Source of the DNA: Pelagibacteraceae bacterium
Lineage (GTDB): Bacteria > Pseudomonadota > Alphaproteobacteria > Pelagibacterales > AG-422-B15
DNA: 64,000 nt
Assembly: GCA_038103905.1 (NCBI GenBank)
Contig: JAYNZW010000004.1
Span: 39,658 to 103,657 of the forward strand
Reading direction: 5' to 3'
The notes below the pieces were generated by a model. It ran no database searches. It was not told where the DNA came from and worked only from the letters and a program-made list of their open reading frames with translations. This document shows, piece by piece, positions 9,566 through 18,489 of this stretch. The translations under genes and the position numbers were made by a program. Position 1 is the stretch's first letter; every line of letters begins with the position of its first letter.

Positions 9566-10491
9566 CAACATTATTTTTTATTGAACATGCAAATGGCAAA
9601 ATTAGTGATCAAAGCTTGAAGGCGATTTCTGCAACTAAAGATTTTGGAGAAGACGTTCACGGTATGATAGCTGGAACTAATATTGATTCTGTTGTTGAAG
9701 AAGCATCAAAGATATCTGGTGTATCAAAAATTATCCATGTTGATAACGATGAATATAACAATATTCTCGCTGAAAAATTAACATCAATCATTGTTGATAT
9801 ATCTGAAAATTATAACTATTTTTGTGCCGCAGCAACTACGACTGGCAAAAATGTAATGCCAAGAGTAGCTGCAAAACTAGATGTTGCTCAAATTTCAGAA
9901 ATTATTGGAGTTGAATCTAATGATACATTCATTCGCACAATATATGCAGGAAATGCAATCGCTACTGTTCAAAGTTCTGATGCCAAAAAAGTAGTGACTA
10001 TTCGTCCAACAGCATATAAGGTAGTAGAAACAAGTGATACAGCTTGTGAAGTCGAAAAAGTGTCTCCTGAAAATATTCCAAATATATCTGAGTATGTAAG
10101 TGAAGAATTAACTAAGTCTGATAGACCTGAGTTAACGTCAGCAAAAATAATTATTTCTGGTGGTAGAGGAATGCAAAATGGAGAAAATTTTGAACTATTA
10201 GATAAAGTTGCTGCAAAACTAGGTGCTGCTGTTGGAGCCTCTAGAGCCGCAGTTGACGCAGGATTTGTGCCAAATGATTATCAAGTTGGTCAAACAGGAA
10301 AGGTTGTTGCCCCAGAGTTATATATTGCTGTTGGAATATCAGGTGCAATTCAACACCTAGCTGGAATGAAAGACTCTAAAGTTATTGTTGCTATAAATAA
10401 GGATGAAGAAGCACCTATTTTTGACGTCGCTGACTATGGACTTGTTGCTGACTTATTTCAAGTTCTTCCAGAGCTTGAGGGTGCAATTTAA
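9562..10491 (+). CDS. etfA: Electron transfer flavoprotein alpha subunit
   Basis: 309 aa with the C-terminal FAD-binding block GGRG...[37 protein letters not shown]. Confidence 0.9.
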   Translation: MTTLFFIEHANGKISDQSLKAISATKDFGEDVHGMIAGTNIDSVVEEASKISGVSKIIHVDNDEYNNILAEKLTSIIVDISENYNYFCAAATTTGKNVMPRVAAKLDVAQISEIIGVESNDTFIRTIYAGNAIATVQSSDAKKVVTIRPTAYKVVETSDTACEVEKVSPENIPNISEYVSEELTKSDRPELTSAKIIISGGRGMQNGENFELLDKVAAKLGAAVGASRAAVDAGFVPNDYQVGQTGKVVAPELYIAVGISGAIQHLAGMKDSKVIVAINKDEEAPIFDVADYGLVADLFQVLPELEGAI

Positions 10492-11030
10492 TTAGAAACT
10501 TCCTTACGAATTAATTCTATTATTTTTTTATCAGTCCACTCAGTTGGCCCTATTAATCTTGCCACTTCGAGTCCATTTTTATTGATTAATAATGTCACAG
10601 GAAGCCCTAAGATTTTAACTTCTCTCGGAATATTATTTTTATCATCAAAATAAGTTTCAATATTATTAATATCAAAATCATCAAAAAAATTTAAAGCCTT
10701 CTTCTTTGGACCTCTATCTAAATTTATTGGTAGAACTAGAAATTCATTTTTATCAAAATATGATTGAAGACTATCTAAAGAAGGCATTTCTTCTTTACAA
10801 GGCTCACACCACGTCGCCCATAAATTAATCAATAAAACTTTTTCTTGAAAATCATTTAAGGTAAAAATATCACCATTTTCATTTTCAAATTTACTTGAAA
10901 ACCCAGGTTTTTCAGCAAAAATAAACTCTGAAGCAGCAATTGAGTTAATATTTAAGGGGTTACAAATTACTATTATTGTGGCATATACCAGCAAAATAAA
11001 ATTACGCAGTAAGTCATTCATAAAGTACAT
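10488..11030 (-). CDS. TlpA/ResA-like periplasmic thiol:disulfide oxidoreductase
   Basis: Thioredoxin fold with WATWCEPC active site and an N-terminal signal/anchor. The start is uncertain (ATG at 11030 or 11021; TTG at 11048). Confidence 0.75.
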   Translation of the reverse strand: MYFMNDLLRNFILLVYATIIVICNPLNINSIAASEFIFAEKPGFSSKFENENGDIFTLNDFQEKVLLINLWATWCEPCKEEMPSLDSLQSYFDKNEFLVLPINLDRGPKKKALNFFDDFDINNIETYFDDKNNIPREVKILGLPVTLLINKNGLEVARLIGPTEWTDKKIIELIRKEVSN

Positions 11031-11049
11031 AAAAATTAATAACAACAAA

Positions 11050-12441
11050 ATGTCCAGTAAAAAAAGTAATAAACTCAGAAAAAGATTTAAAAAAGAAGCA
11101 AGCGATGCTTTTAAGTCAATAAACTCTTCGATAGAAATAGATAAGTTTTTATATCAAGAGGATATTGAAGGCTCTATTGCGCATGCAAAAATGCTTGCTA
11201 GTAAAAAAATTATATCGAATGCAGACTATAGTAAAATTTCAACTGGATTAAAAAAAATATTATCTGAAATAAAATTAGGTAAATTTATTTTTAAAGACGA
11301 TCATGAAGATATTCATATGAATATTGAAAGCAGACTCGAAGAATTAATTGGAGAAGAGGCTGGAAAATTACATACCGCTAGATCTAGAAATGATCAGGTT
11401 GTTACAGATGTAAAATTATGGATAAAAAAGGATATTGATGAAATTCTCAAAAAAATAATAAAACTTCAAAAGATAATTATAAATAAATCTGAAAGTAACA
11501 TAGATACTTTTCTTCCTGGTATGACACATTTCCAAACTGCTCAACCAGTTTCTTTTGCCCATCACTTGATGGCATATTACGAAATGTTTAAAAGAGATCT
11601 TGATAGATTCAAACAAACAAAAGTAAGATTAGATCAAAATCCTCTTGGAGCAGGTGCTCTAGCTGGAACTTCTTTTGGTATAAATAGAATGCAAACTACA
11701 AAATTACTTGGATTCAGAGAGCCCACAAGAAATTCCCTTGATACAGTTTCTGATAGAGACTTTATAATGGATTATATATTTTCATCTTCTATGTGCAGTA
11801 TTCACATGTCTCGGTTATCTGAAGAAATCATTTTATGGTCGTCTGATTTGATAAACTTTATTTCAATAGGTGATAACGTAATGTCAAGTTCATCAATAAT
11901 GCCTCAGAAAAAAAATCCTGATTCAATGGAGCTTGTAAGAGCAAAAGCGTCGATAATTATAGGTAATTTATCTTCAATACAAAATGTAATGAAAAGTCTA
12001 CCACTAACTTACTCAAAAGACTTACAAGAAGATAAAAGTCTTTTGAGAAACTCAAGTACAAATTTAAAGCTATCCATTGACTGTATGATTGACGTAGTCA
12101 AAAGTTTAAAAACTAATAAAAAAAATATGGAAAATGCTGTAAAATCTGGATTTTCAAATGCTACAGACTTAGCTGATTGGCTAGTTAAAAATATTGATTA
12201 CTCATTTAGAAAAGCTCATGGACTTGCTTCAAAGATTGTAAATTTTGCAGAAACAAAAGGTGTAAAATTACATGAGTTAAGTTTGTTGGAATATCAAGAA
12301 TTTGACAAAAATATTAATAAATCAGTATATAATGCAATTAAGTTGCCTTTCTCTGTTGATAATAAAAAGAGCTTTGGAGGAACCTCAAGGTCAGAGGTAA
12401 AAAAAATGATCAAGATTGCTAAGAAAGAAGTCTTAAAATGA
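11050..12441 (+). CDS. argH: Argininosuccinate lyase
   Basis: Fumarate-lyase family signature SSIMPQKKNPD and the typical ArgH N-terminus. I chose the ATG at 11050 (MSSKKSNKL), which removes the overlap with the divergent tlpA-like gene. Confidence 0.9.
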   Translation: MSSKKSNKLRKRFKKEASDAFKSINSSIEIDKFLYQEDIEGSIAHAKMLASKKIISNADYSKISTGLKKILSEIKLGKFIFKDDHEDIHMNIESRLEELIGEEAGKLHTARSRNDQVVTDVKLWIKKDIDEILKKIIKLQKIIINKSESNIDTFLPGMTHFQTAQPVSFAHHLMAYYEMFKRDLDRFKQTKVRLDQNPLGAGALAGTSFGINRMQTTKLLGFREPTRNSLDTVSDRDFIMDYIFSSSMCSIHMSRLSEEIILWSSDLINFISIGDNVMSSSSIMPQKKNPDSMELVRAKASIIIGNLSSIQNVMKSLPLTYSKDLQEDKSLLRNSSTNLKLSIDCMIDVVKSLKTNKKNMENAVKSGFSNATDLADWLVKNIDYSFRKAHGLASKIVNFAETKGVKLHELSLLEYQEFDKNINKSVYNAIKLPFSVDNKKSFGGTSRSEVKKMIKIAKKEVLK

Positions 12442-12569
12442 AAAGAATAATAGTCATTACAATAATGTTATTGCCAATTTTATCGTGTGGAAAAAAAGGA
12501 TCATTAGAGTATCCATCTGAAGACACTCAAACATCTTTGATCATTATCAAAAATATAAATTATTCTTAG
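12438..12569 (+). CDS. lptM: Small lipoprotein, LptM (YifL)-like
   Basis: 43-aa ORF absent from the ORF track: MKRIIVITIMLLPILSCGKKGSLEYPSEDTQ... It has a lipobox (ILSC) followed by the CGxKGxLxxP motif of the YifL/LptM family. ATGA overlap with the argH stop. It lies in the argH-lysA position where many proteobacteria carry a small lipoprotein. Confidence 0.7.
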   Translation: MKRIIVITIMLLPILSCGKKGSLEYPSEDTQTSLIIIKNINYS

Positions 12570-12573
12570 AATT

Positions 12574-13803
12574 ATGAGTAATTTTCAATATCAAGGTGAG
12601 AATTTAACTTGTGAAAATCTTGAGATAGATTCTATCACAAGAGACTTAGAGACTCCTTTTTATTGTTATAGTTCAAAAAAAATTAGAGACAATATTAATA
12701 AATATAAAAATAACCTTAAAAACAGTAATTCAAAGATTTGTTTTGCTTTAAAGGCTAATTCAAATATTGAATTAATTAAAATAATAGCTCAACAAGGTTT
12801 AGGAGCTGACGTTGTATCAATGGGTGAATTTCAAAAAGCTCTCAAAGCTGGTATTTCTGGCAAAGATATTGTTTTTTCAGGCGTTGGTAAAACTCAAAAA
12901 GAAATAGAGTTTGCAATTAAAAACCATTGTTTTCAAATTAATGCTGAATCGCTGAGTGAAATTAAAAAAATAAATGAGATTGCTCAGAATTTGAATATCA
13001 AACAAAATATAGGTATTCGAATTAATCCAGACGTAAAACCTGAAACTCATTCTAAAATTACTACTGGTTCTATTGAAAATAAATTTGGCATACCCATAAG
13101 TGAAGTAAAAAATTTATTCAACCAATCTAATCTTTTTGAAAATTTAAACTTTAATGGTCTTGCATTTCATATAGGTAGTCAAATTATGAAATTGGAACCA
13201 TTTGAAGAGGCTTGTAAAATTACTAATCAACTAGTCAAAGAAATAGAAAATAATGACTTCAAAATTAAAACAATAGATGTCGGAGGTGGAATTGGAATAG
13301 ATGATGATGAAGAATTTCAATTTGAAAATTACTTTAATCTCATAGACTTATATTTTGCAAAAAAAGATAGGATGATAATTTTTGAGCCAGGAAGGACCAT
13401 AATTGGCAATACAGCATTATTAATATCAAAGATTTTATATATAAAAGAAACAGAAGATAAAATATTTGTTGTCATTGATGCTGGTATGAATGATTTTATG
13501 AGGCCAGCGTTATATGGTGCTGTGCACGATATACTCCCTATTCTAAAAAGTAGTTCAATTGAAAAAAAAACCATAGAAATTGTAGGCCCCATCTGTGAGA
13601 CAAGTGACAAATTTTTAACTAGTGATAACTTTCAAAATGTTAACGAGGGAGACTTCATAGCTATATCAAATGCTGGAGCGTATGGGTCATCAATGTCTTC
13701 AAACTATAACATAAGGCCAAATATTGCTGAAGTTTTAGTAAATGATAAAAAATTTTCTATAATTCGGAAAAGGCAAAGTTTAGAAGACTTAATCAATCAG
13801 TAA
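12574..13803 (+). CDS. lysA: Diaminopimelate decarboxylase
   Basis: 409 aa, group IV PLP decarboxylase. It has the FALKAN PLP-lysine region, GGG(I)GI and a CE(T)SD motif. Confidence 0.9.
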   Translation: MSNFQYQGENLTCENLEIDSITRDLETPFYCYSSKKIRDNINKYKNNLKNSNSKICFALKANSNIELIKIIAQQGLGADVVSMGEFQKALKAGISGKDIVFSGVGKTQKEIEFAIKNHCFQINAESLSEIKKINEIAQNLNIKQNIGIRINPDVKPETHSKITTGSIENKFGIPISEVKNLFNQSNLFENLNFNGLAFHIGSQIMKLEPFEEACKITNQLVKEIENNDFKIKTIDVGGGIGIDDDEEFQFENYFNLIDLYFAKKDRMIIFEPGRTIIGNTALLISKILYIKETEDKIFVVIDAGMNDFMRPALYGAVHDILPILKSSSIEKKTIEIVGPICETSDKFLTSDNFQNVNEGDFIAISNAGAYGSSMSSNYNIRPNIAEVLVNDKKFSIIRKRQSLEDLINQ

Positions 13804-14182
13804 AAAAATAATATATTTTTTTTACAAAAGAATCAATCAATTGATTTAGATCTTTGGAAAATTCAACAGTATTTATCTGGATTATGTTTTCTGACATCAA
13901 ATGTGCCGTGTAGAAAATAACTAAAAAGATTAATAATATAAATGGCATTGGAATAGTTTTTTTCTTTTTGTAAATTACAGGTAAATTTGAGTCGTCATTA
14001 ATAGTTTCTATTGTTGTTTGATGATTACTATCTTTGATTTGGTCATCAACATTAGGATTATATGACTTATTTTCATGATACCAGACATGGCCGCACCTAA
14101 AACACTTTACATGTCTACCATATTTTATTTGATGAATATCAACTAGGTATTTAGCACCACATGAGGAACAGGATAAAATCAT
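13793..14182 (-). CDS. MJ0042-type zinc-ribbon membrane protein
   Basis: N-terminal CxxC...CxxC zinc ribbon (MILSCSSCGAKYLVD...VKCFRCGHVWY) followed by one TM helix. Confidence 0.65.
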   Translation of the reverse strand: MILSCSSCGAKYLVDIHQIKYGRHVKCFRCGHVWYHENKSYNPNVDDQIKDSNHQTTIETINDDSNLPVIYKKKKTIPMPFILLIFLVIFYTAHLMSENIIQINTVEFSKDLNQLIDSFVKKIYYFFTD

Positions 14183-14235
14183 TTATTTTTTAAAGATAAA
14201 TTTTTAATTAAAGAATAGAATAAACAAATAAATAT

Positions 14236-14811
14236 ATGATGCTAGACAAAATTAAAAATAAAAGAGTTTTAGTTGTAATCATCTCATTATTTCTATTATT
14301 TTTAATCTATTTTTCTTATTATTTATATCAAATCTATACTCCATCAAAGACAAATTTAGATAATAATAATTACGATGCAGCAATTGTTTTAACAGGGGAT
14401 CAATTCAGGATCCAAAAAGGTATTTCTCTATTAAGAGATAACAAAGTTAATAGACTGCTGATCTCTGGAGTTAATAAACGGATTTCAAAAAAAACAATTA
14501 TTGCTAAATTCTCTGGCTCTGAAGATTTATTTAATTGCTGCATTGATTTAGAAATGATCTCAACAAATACCTTTGAGAATGCCAAAGAAAGTTACATGTG
14601 GACAAGAGGTAACAAGTTAAATTCAATAATAGTAGTCTCATCTTTTTATCATTTACCTAGAGCTAAGTTGGAATTTGGCAGATTTTATAAAGATAAATCA
14701 CTAATATTTGTTAGTGCAAACGATAATTTAATGAAAACATCGTTAAAAAAATTATTTATTGAATATATTAAGTATATTAGAACAAGTTTAAGTATTTTAA
14801 TTGGATTATGA
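14236..14811 (+). CDS. YdcF/ElyC (DUF218) family protein
   Basis: 191 aa with an N-terminal anchor. It has the ..VLTGD....RI..G..L......L.ISGV pattern and a C-terminal SSFYHLPRA motif. Confidence 0.65.
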   Translation: MMLDKIKNKRVLVVIISLFLLFLIYFSYYLYQIYTPSKTNLDNNNYDAAIVLTGDQFRIQKGISLLRDNKVNRLLISGVNKRISKKTIIAKFSGSEDLFNCCIDLEMISTNTFENAKESYMWTRGNKLNSIIVVSSFYHLPRAKLEFGRFYKDKSLIFVSANDNLMKTSLKKLFIEYIKYIRTSLSILIGL

Positions 14812-15542
14812 TTTTTATTCGATCACTTATATCTAATGTCATTTTTTATTTCATCTTAATAATATGTATTATTATAGCCCCAATAACATTTATTCTTCCA
14901 AGAATTTTTATATTTAAAATAATTAGTTTTCAATCTTACCATTTAAAAATCAATCTCAAATATTTAGCTAACTTAAATGTTGAATATAGAGGAATTGAAA
15001 ATATTCCAAAGCAACGAAAATATTTAATTGCTTCAAAACATCAATCCTTGGCGGAAGCATGTTTCATGTTTGATATAATTGATCACCCAAGTGTTATTGC
15101 AAAAAAACAGTTATTACTCATTCCAATTGTTGGTCTTGCTTTTAAAAAAGCAAACTTTATTTATGTTAATAGAAATAAAGGGCAAACAAATATCCAGGCA
15201 ATGGTTGAGAGCGCAAGAAAAAGTATGGAGTTAGATCCAAGACCTTTACTTATTTTTCCTGAAGGAACCAGAACTTATATAGGTGAAAAAAAACCGTATA
15301 AATATGGAGTCACTGCACTCTATAGCGGGCTTAACGTTCCTTGTTTACCCGTTGCAATAAATGCAGGTTATTATTGGTCTAGAAGACATTTTTTAAGATA
15401 CCCTGGAAAGATTATAATTGAATTTCTTAAGCCAATTGAGCCTGGACTAAGTTCAGATGAATTTACAAAAGAAATCTATAATAAAATTGAAGATGCATCT
15501 GATTTACTACTTGAAGAAGCAAAAAGAGATTTTCCAAAATGA
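14808..15542 (+). CDS. plsC: 1-acyl-sn-glycerol-3-phosphate acyltransferase
   Basis: Acyltransferase motifs: HxxxxE-variant block (SKHQSLAEA) and FPEGTR. Confidence 0.8.
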   Translation: MIFIRSLISNVIFYFILIICIIIAPITFILPRIFIFKIISFQSYHLKINLKYLANLNVEYRGIENIPKQRKYLIASKHQSLAEACFMFDIIDHPSVIAKKQLLLIPIVGLAFKKANFIYVNRNKGQTNIQAMVESARKSMELDPRPLLIFPEGTRTYIGEKKPYKYGVTALYSGLNVPCLPVAINAGYYWSRRHFLRYPGKIIIEFLKPIEPGLSSDEFTKEIYNKIEDASDLLLEEAKRDFPK

Positions 15543-16294
15543 AGTTAGAGAAAATTTTTAGCTTCCGCATAATTATATCTCTAATTTTAATAATTCTTTT
15601 ATTATACAGTGGTTATTGGCTGGTTGTTTCAAATATTTTAAAAAAAACTATTTCTAATGAATTAAATAAAAATGACTATATCAATTTTAAAGATTTGAGT
15701 ATTTCTGGATTCCCAACCCAGATACAAACTAATATCCATAAATTTAAAATTTTAGATTCCATGGGTTCTAATGAGATCTTGGAAAGTGATTTAATCAAAG
15801 TATCAATGCACCCATTTGATTCCTCAAAAATCGCCTTAAAATCAGATATTATTAATATTTTAATCAATAATGATGCCTTAACTCTTAATGTAGCCTTAGA
15901 TAAGAGTTTGTCATTATTGTCGATTGATAACTCTGGTTATATTAATATCAATTTAGCAATTGAAGATATAATTGTCCTGGGAAATGAAATCAACATAGCA
16001 AGTCTAGAACAAATACACATTAAATTAAATGAAACTAGTTTCAAAAATTTCAAAATTAATTCAAAAATCAATTTTGCTCGATTAGAAACTTTAGAATCTC
16101 AAGATGTAAGTATAAAAATTGATGGTAATTTAAAATTAAATAACAATGCCTTTGATGGCAATTTAAATCTTTCAGTAAAAGAATTAAAATTGAATGAAGA
16201 AATTTTTAATATACCTCTAACAATTAAAAAAAATCAGGTGATCTTTCTATTTATGAATGTATTTGACCTAAACAGAATTTTATCTTTTCTTTGA
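15539..16294 (+). CDS. Membrane-anchored hypothetical protein (possibly DUF2125)
   Basis: 251 aa with an N-terminal TM helix followed by an SGYW motif, reminiscent of alphaproteobacterial DUF2125. There is no catalytic motif. Confidence 0.4.
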   Translation: MKLEKIFSFRIIISLILIILLLYSGYWLVVSNILKKTISNELNKNDYINFKDLSISGFPTQIQTNIHKFKILDSMGSNEILESDLIKVSMHPFDSSKIALKSDIINILINNDALTLNVALDKSLSLLSIDNSGYININLAIEDIIVLGNEINIASLEQIHIKLNETSFKNFKINSKINFARLETLESQDVSIKIDGNLKLNNNAFDGNLNLSVKELKLNEEIFNIPLTIKKNQVIFLFMNVFDLNRILSFL

Positions 16295-17212
16295 TCGACC
16301 AAAATCTGGCACAGGAACATCCTGACCAGCATCTATAATTTTATTTCGAATTTTTCTTGTTTTTGAAAATAATTTATAAAGAGTATCTCCGTCCTCCCAA
16401 CGAATTGCTTTCTGTAACATACTTAAATCCTCTGAAAATCTTGATATAACTTCTAAAAGAGCGTCCTTATTATTAAGTAAAACATCACGCCACATTGTTG
16501 GATCTGAAGCAGCAATTCTCGTAAAATCTCTAAATCCACTTGCGCTATATTTTATAACATCACTTTTAGTGACATTTTCAATATCAGCGGCTGTTGATAC
16601 AATATTATATGCAATCAAATGTGGCAGATGAGAAGTAATTGCCATAGTTTGATCGTGTCTATCTGGTGCCATTATTTCTACATTCGAACCCATCATCTTC
16701 CACATCTTTTTTATAATATTTATATTTCTTTTTTTGTTTTCTTTTATAGGTGTAATGATACACCACCTATCAATAAAAAGTTCATAAAACCCAGCATTCG
16801 GACCACTTTGTTCGGTTCCAGCTATTGGGTGAGCTGGAATAAAATCATATTTTCTATCTTTAGATCTAAGAAAATTTTTAATGATAAGTGACTTTGCAGA
16901 ACCAACATCTGTAACTATTGTTTTTTTCGATAAATGAGGATCTATTAATTTAAATATTTTTTCATATGTACTTAACGGACTACAAATAATGATTAAATCT
17001 ATTTCAGATATACGATCTGAAATCTTATTGATTACAGCATCAACAATATTCTTTTTTTTTGCTATTTTTCTAGTTTTTTCAGTTTTTGAATAACCAATTA
17101 CTTTTTTTGCGATTTCATTTTTTTTTAATGACAAGGCAATGGAAGATCCTATTAAACCGATTCCAATAATCAGCACTTCATTAAACAGAAATTTGTTAGA
17201 TTTTTTAGTCAT
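16280..17212 (-). CDS. tyrC: Prephenate/arogenate (cyclohexadienyl) dehydrogenase
   Basis: Rossmann motif IIGIGLIGSS, an HPIAGTE block, and a conserved position next to hisC. Confidence 0.85.
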   Translation of the reverse strand: MTKKSNKFLFNEVLIIGIGLIGSSIALSLKKNEIAKKVIGYSKTEKTRKIAKKKNIVDAVINKISDRISEIDLIIICSPLSTYEKIFKLIDPHLSKKTIVTDVGSAKSLIIKNFLRSKDRKYDFIPAHPIAGTEQSGPNAGFYELFIDRWCIITPIKENKKRNINIIKKMWKMMGSNVEIMAPDRHDQTMAITSHLPHLIAYNIVSTAADIENVTKSDVIKYSASGFRDFTRIAASDPTMWRDVLLNNKDALLEVISRFSEDLSMLQKAIRWEDGDTLYKLFSKTRKIRNKIIDAGQDVPVPDFGRSKKR

Positions 17213-17213
17213 A

Positions 17214-18269
17214 TTAAAAATAATTTTTAATTAATTTTAGAAATTTTTTATTTTCTGATTCTGTTCCAATAGATATTCTCATACAGTCATAAATATCATA
17301 ATTTTCTAATGTACGAACGATGACACCATTAGATAAGAGATATTTATTTAATTTATTTACATCCAATACCTTAACAAATACAAAATTTGCCTGACTGTCA
17401 TACACTTTAATAGGTAGTTTAGCTAATTCCAGCTTGAATTTTTTAAGCCATATTTTATTGTGCTTTATTACTTTTTTTTCGTAATTAGTGTCTTTCAATG
17501 CTATAGACCCAGCAATTTGAGCAATTTGATTTACATTAAAAGGTCCTCTTATTTTATCTAATAAAGCAATTATTCTACTTGAAGCCGCACACCAACCTAA
17601 TCGTAAACTGGCTAAACCATATATTTTAGAAAAAGTATGAGTTACAATTACGTTGTTATTTTTTCTTATTAAATTTAATCCATCTGTATAATCAGCATTA
17701 TTTATAAATTCTGAATAAGCGGCATCAATAACTATCATTATTCTTTTTGGAACACCTTTAATAAGTCTGTTTAAACTTTTTTTATCTAAGTACATCCCAG
17801 TAGGATTATTTGGTTGTGCAATAAATATAATCTTAGTTTTTTTTGTAATTTTTTTTATTATATCATCAACTTTGAAAGAATAATCATCTACATCTGCATA
17901 TTTTATTTTTGCATTGTTAATAGACGCATAAATTTCATACATTAAAAAACTATGTTTTGGGATTATGACTTCATCATTTTTTGATAAAAAAAGCTGACAA
18001 AGAAGTCCCAATATCTCATCTGAGCCATTGCCACAAAAAATATTCTTTATTGGCAATCTAAATTTTTTACCTAGACTTTTTTTTAATTCAAGACAATCAG
18101 CGGTAGGATATCTATTCGTTTTTTTTGAAGCCTGATCTATAGCATTTAAAACTTTTTCTGAAGGGCCAAATGGAGACTCATTTGATGAAAGTTTAATTAT
18201 ATTTTTCTTTCCAGGAATAACTGATTTTCCCCCCTCATAGGTCTTAATATTATTTATTCTGTCGCTCAT
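17214..18269 (-). CDS. hisC: Histidinol-phosphate aminotransferase
   Basis: LSSNESPFGPS N-terminal motif and the class II aminotransferase block TFSKIYGLA.LRLG. Confidence 0.9.
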   Translation of the reverse strand: MSDRINNIKTYEGGKSVIPGKKNIIKLSSNESPFGPSEKVLNAIDQASKKTNRYPTADCLELKKSLGKKFRLPIKNIFCGNGSDEILGLLCQLFLSKNDEVIIPKHSFLMYEIYASINNAKIKYADVDDYSFKVDDIIKKITKKTKIIFIAQPNNPTGMYLDKKSLNRLIKGVPKRIMIVIDAAYSEFINNADYTDGLNLIRKNNNVIVTHTFSKIYGLASLRLGWCAASSRIIALLDKIRGPFNVNQIAQIAGSIALKDTNYEKKVIKHNKIWLKKFKLELAKLPIKVYDSQANFVFVKVLDVNKLNKYLLSNGVIVRTLENYDIYDCMRISIGTESENKKFLKLIKNYF

Positions 18270-18345
18270 AATACCGCTATTGATAAGTGAATATTGCCAT
18301 TATTTAAAGGAAATCTTTGAAAAATAGTAATTCTAATCTTCAAAA

Positions 18346-18373
18346 TTGACATATCTACGGGAAAATGTAAAAA
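18346..18373 (+). promoter_or_regulatory. Putative sigma70 promoter of the metX leader
   Basis: TTGACA at 18346-18351, then a 16-nt spacer and TAAAAA preceded by TG. The predicted start site falls at the 5' edge of the riboswitch. Confidence 0.45.
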
Positions 18374-18377
18374 ATAA

Positions 18378-18432
18378 CTTGCGCCGATTTGAGTACAGCT
18401 TGCGGGCGCATTAGAAATACAGCTAAAAAGGT
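18378..18432 (+). promoter_or_regulatory. SAM-II-type (SAM-II/SAM-V clan) riboswitch in the metX leader
   Basis: GCGCC-GAUUUGAGUACAGCUUGC-GGGCGC stem-loop followed by the tail ...GAAAUACAGCUAAAAAGG. The GAUUU, AGCUUGC and (A)AGCUAAAAA elements match my recollection of the metA/metX SAM-II pseudoknot consensus. It lies directly upstream of metXW. Confidence 0.7.
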
Positions 18433-18437
18433 GAATT

Positions 18438-18472
18438 GCCGCCAAACTTAGTTGTTGGGCGGTTTTTTTTTG
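18438..18472 (+). terminator. Intrinsic terminator (riboswitch expression platform)
   Basis: GCCGCC...GGGCGG hairpin followed by a run of nine T, sited between the riboswitch and the metX ATG. Confidence 0.7.
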
Positions 18473-18489
18473 TTAAAAATATAGATTTT

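Noticed and set aside
18436-18489. N-terminal extension of metX from a TTG start, as given in the ORF track.
   Set aside because: The extension would be translated from a GC-rich hairpin plus T9 run that is far better explained as the terminator of the SAM riboswitch. MetX homologues start about 15-20 aa before the LxLxxG block, which fits the ATG at 18490.
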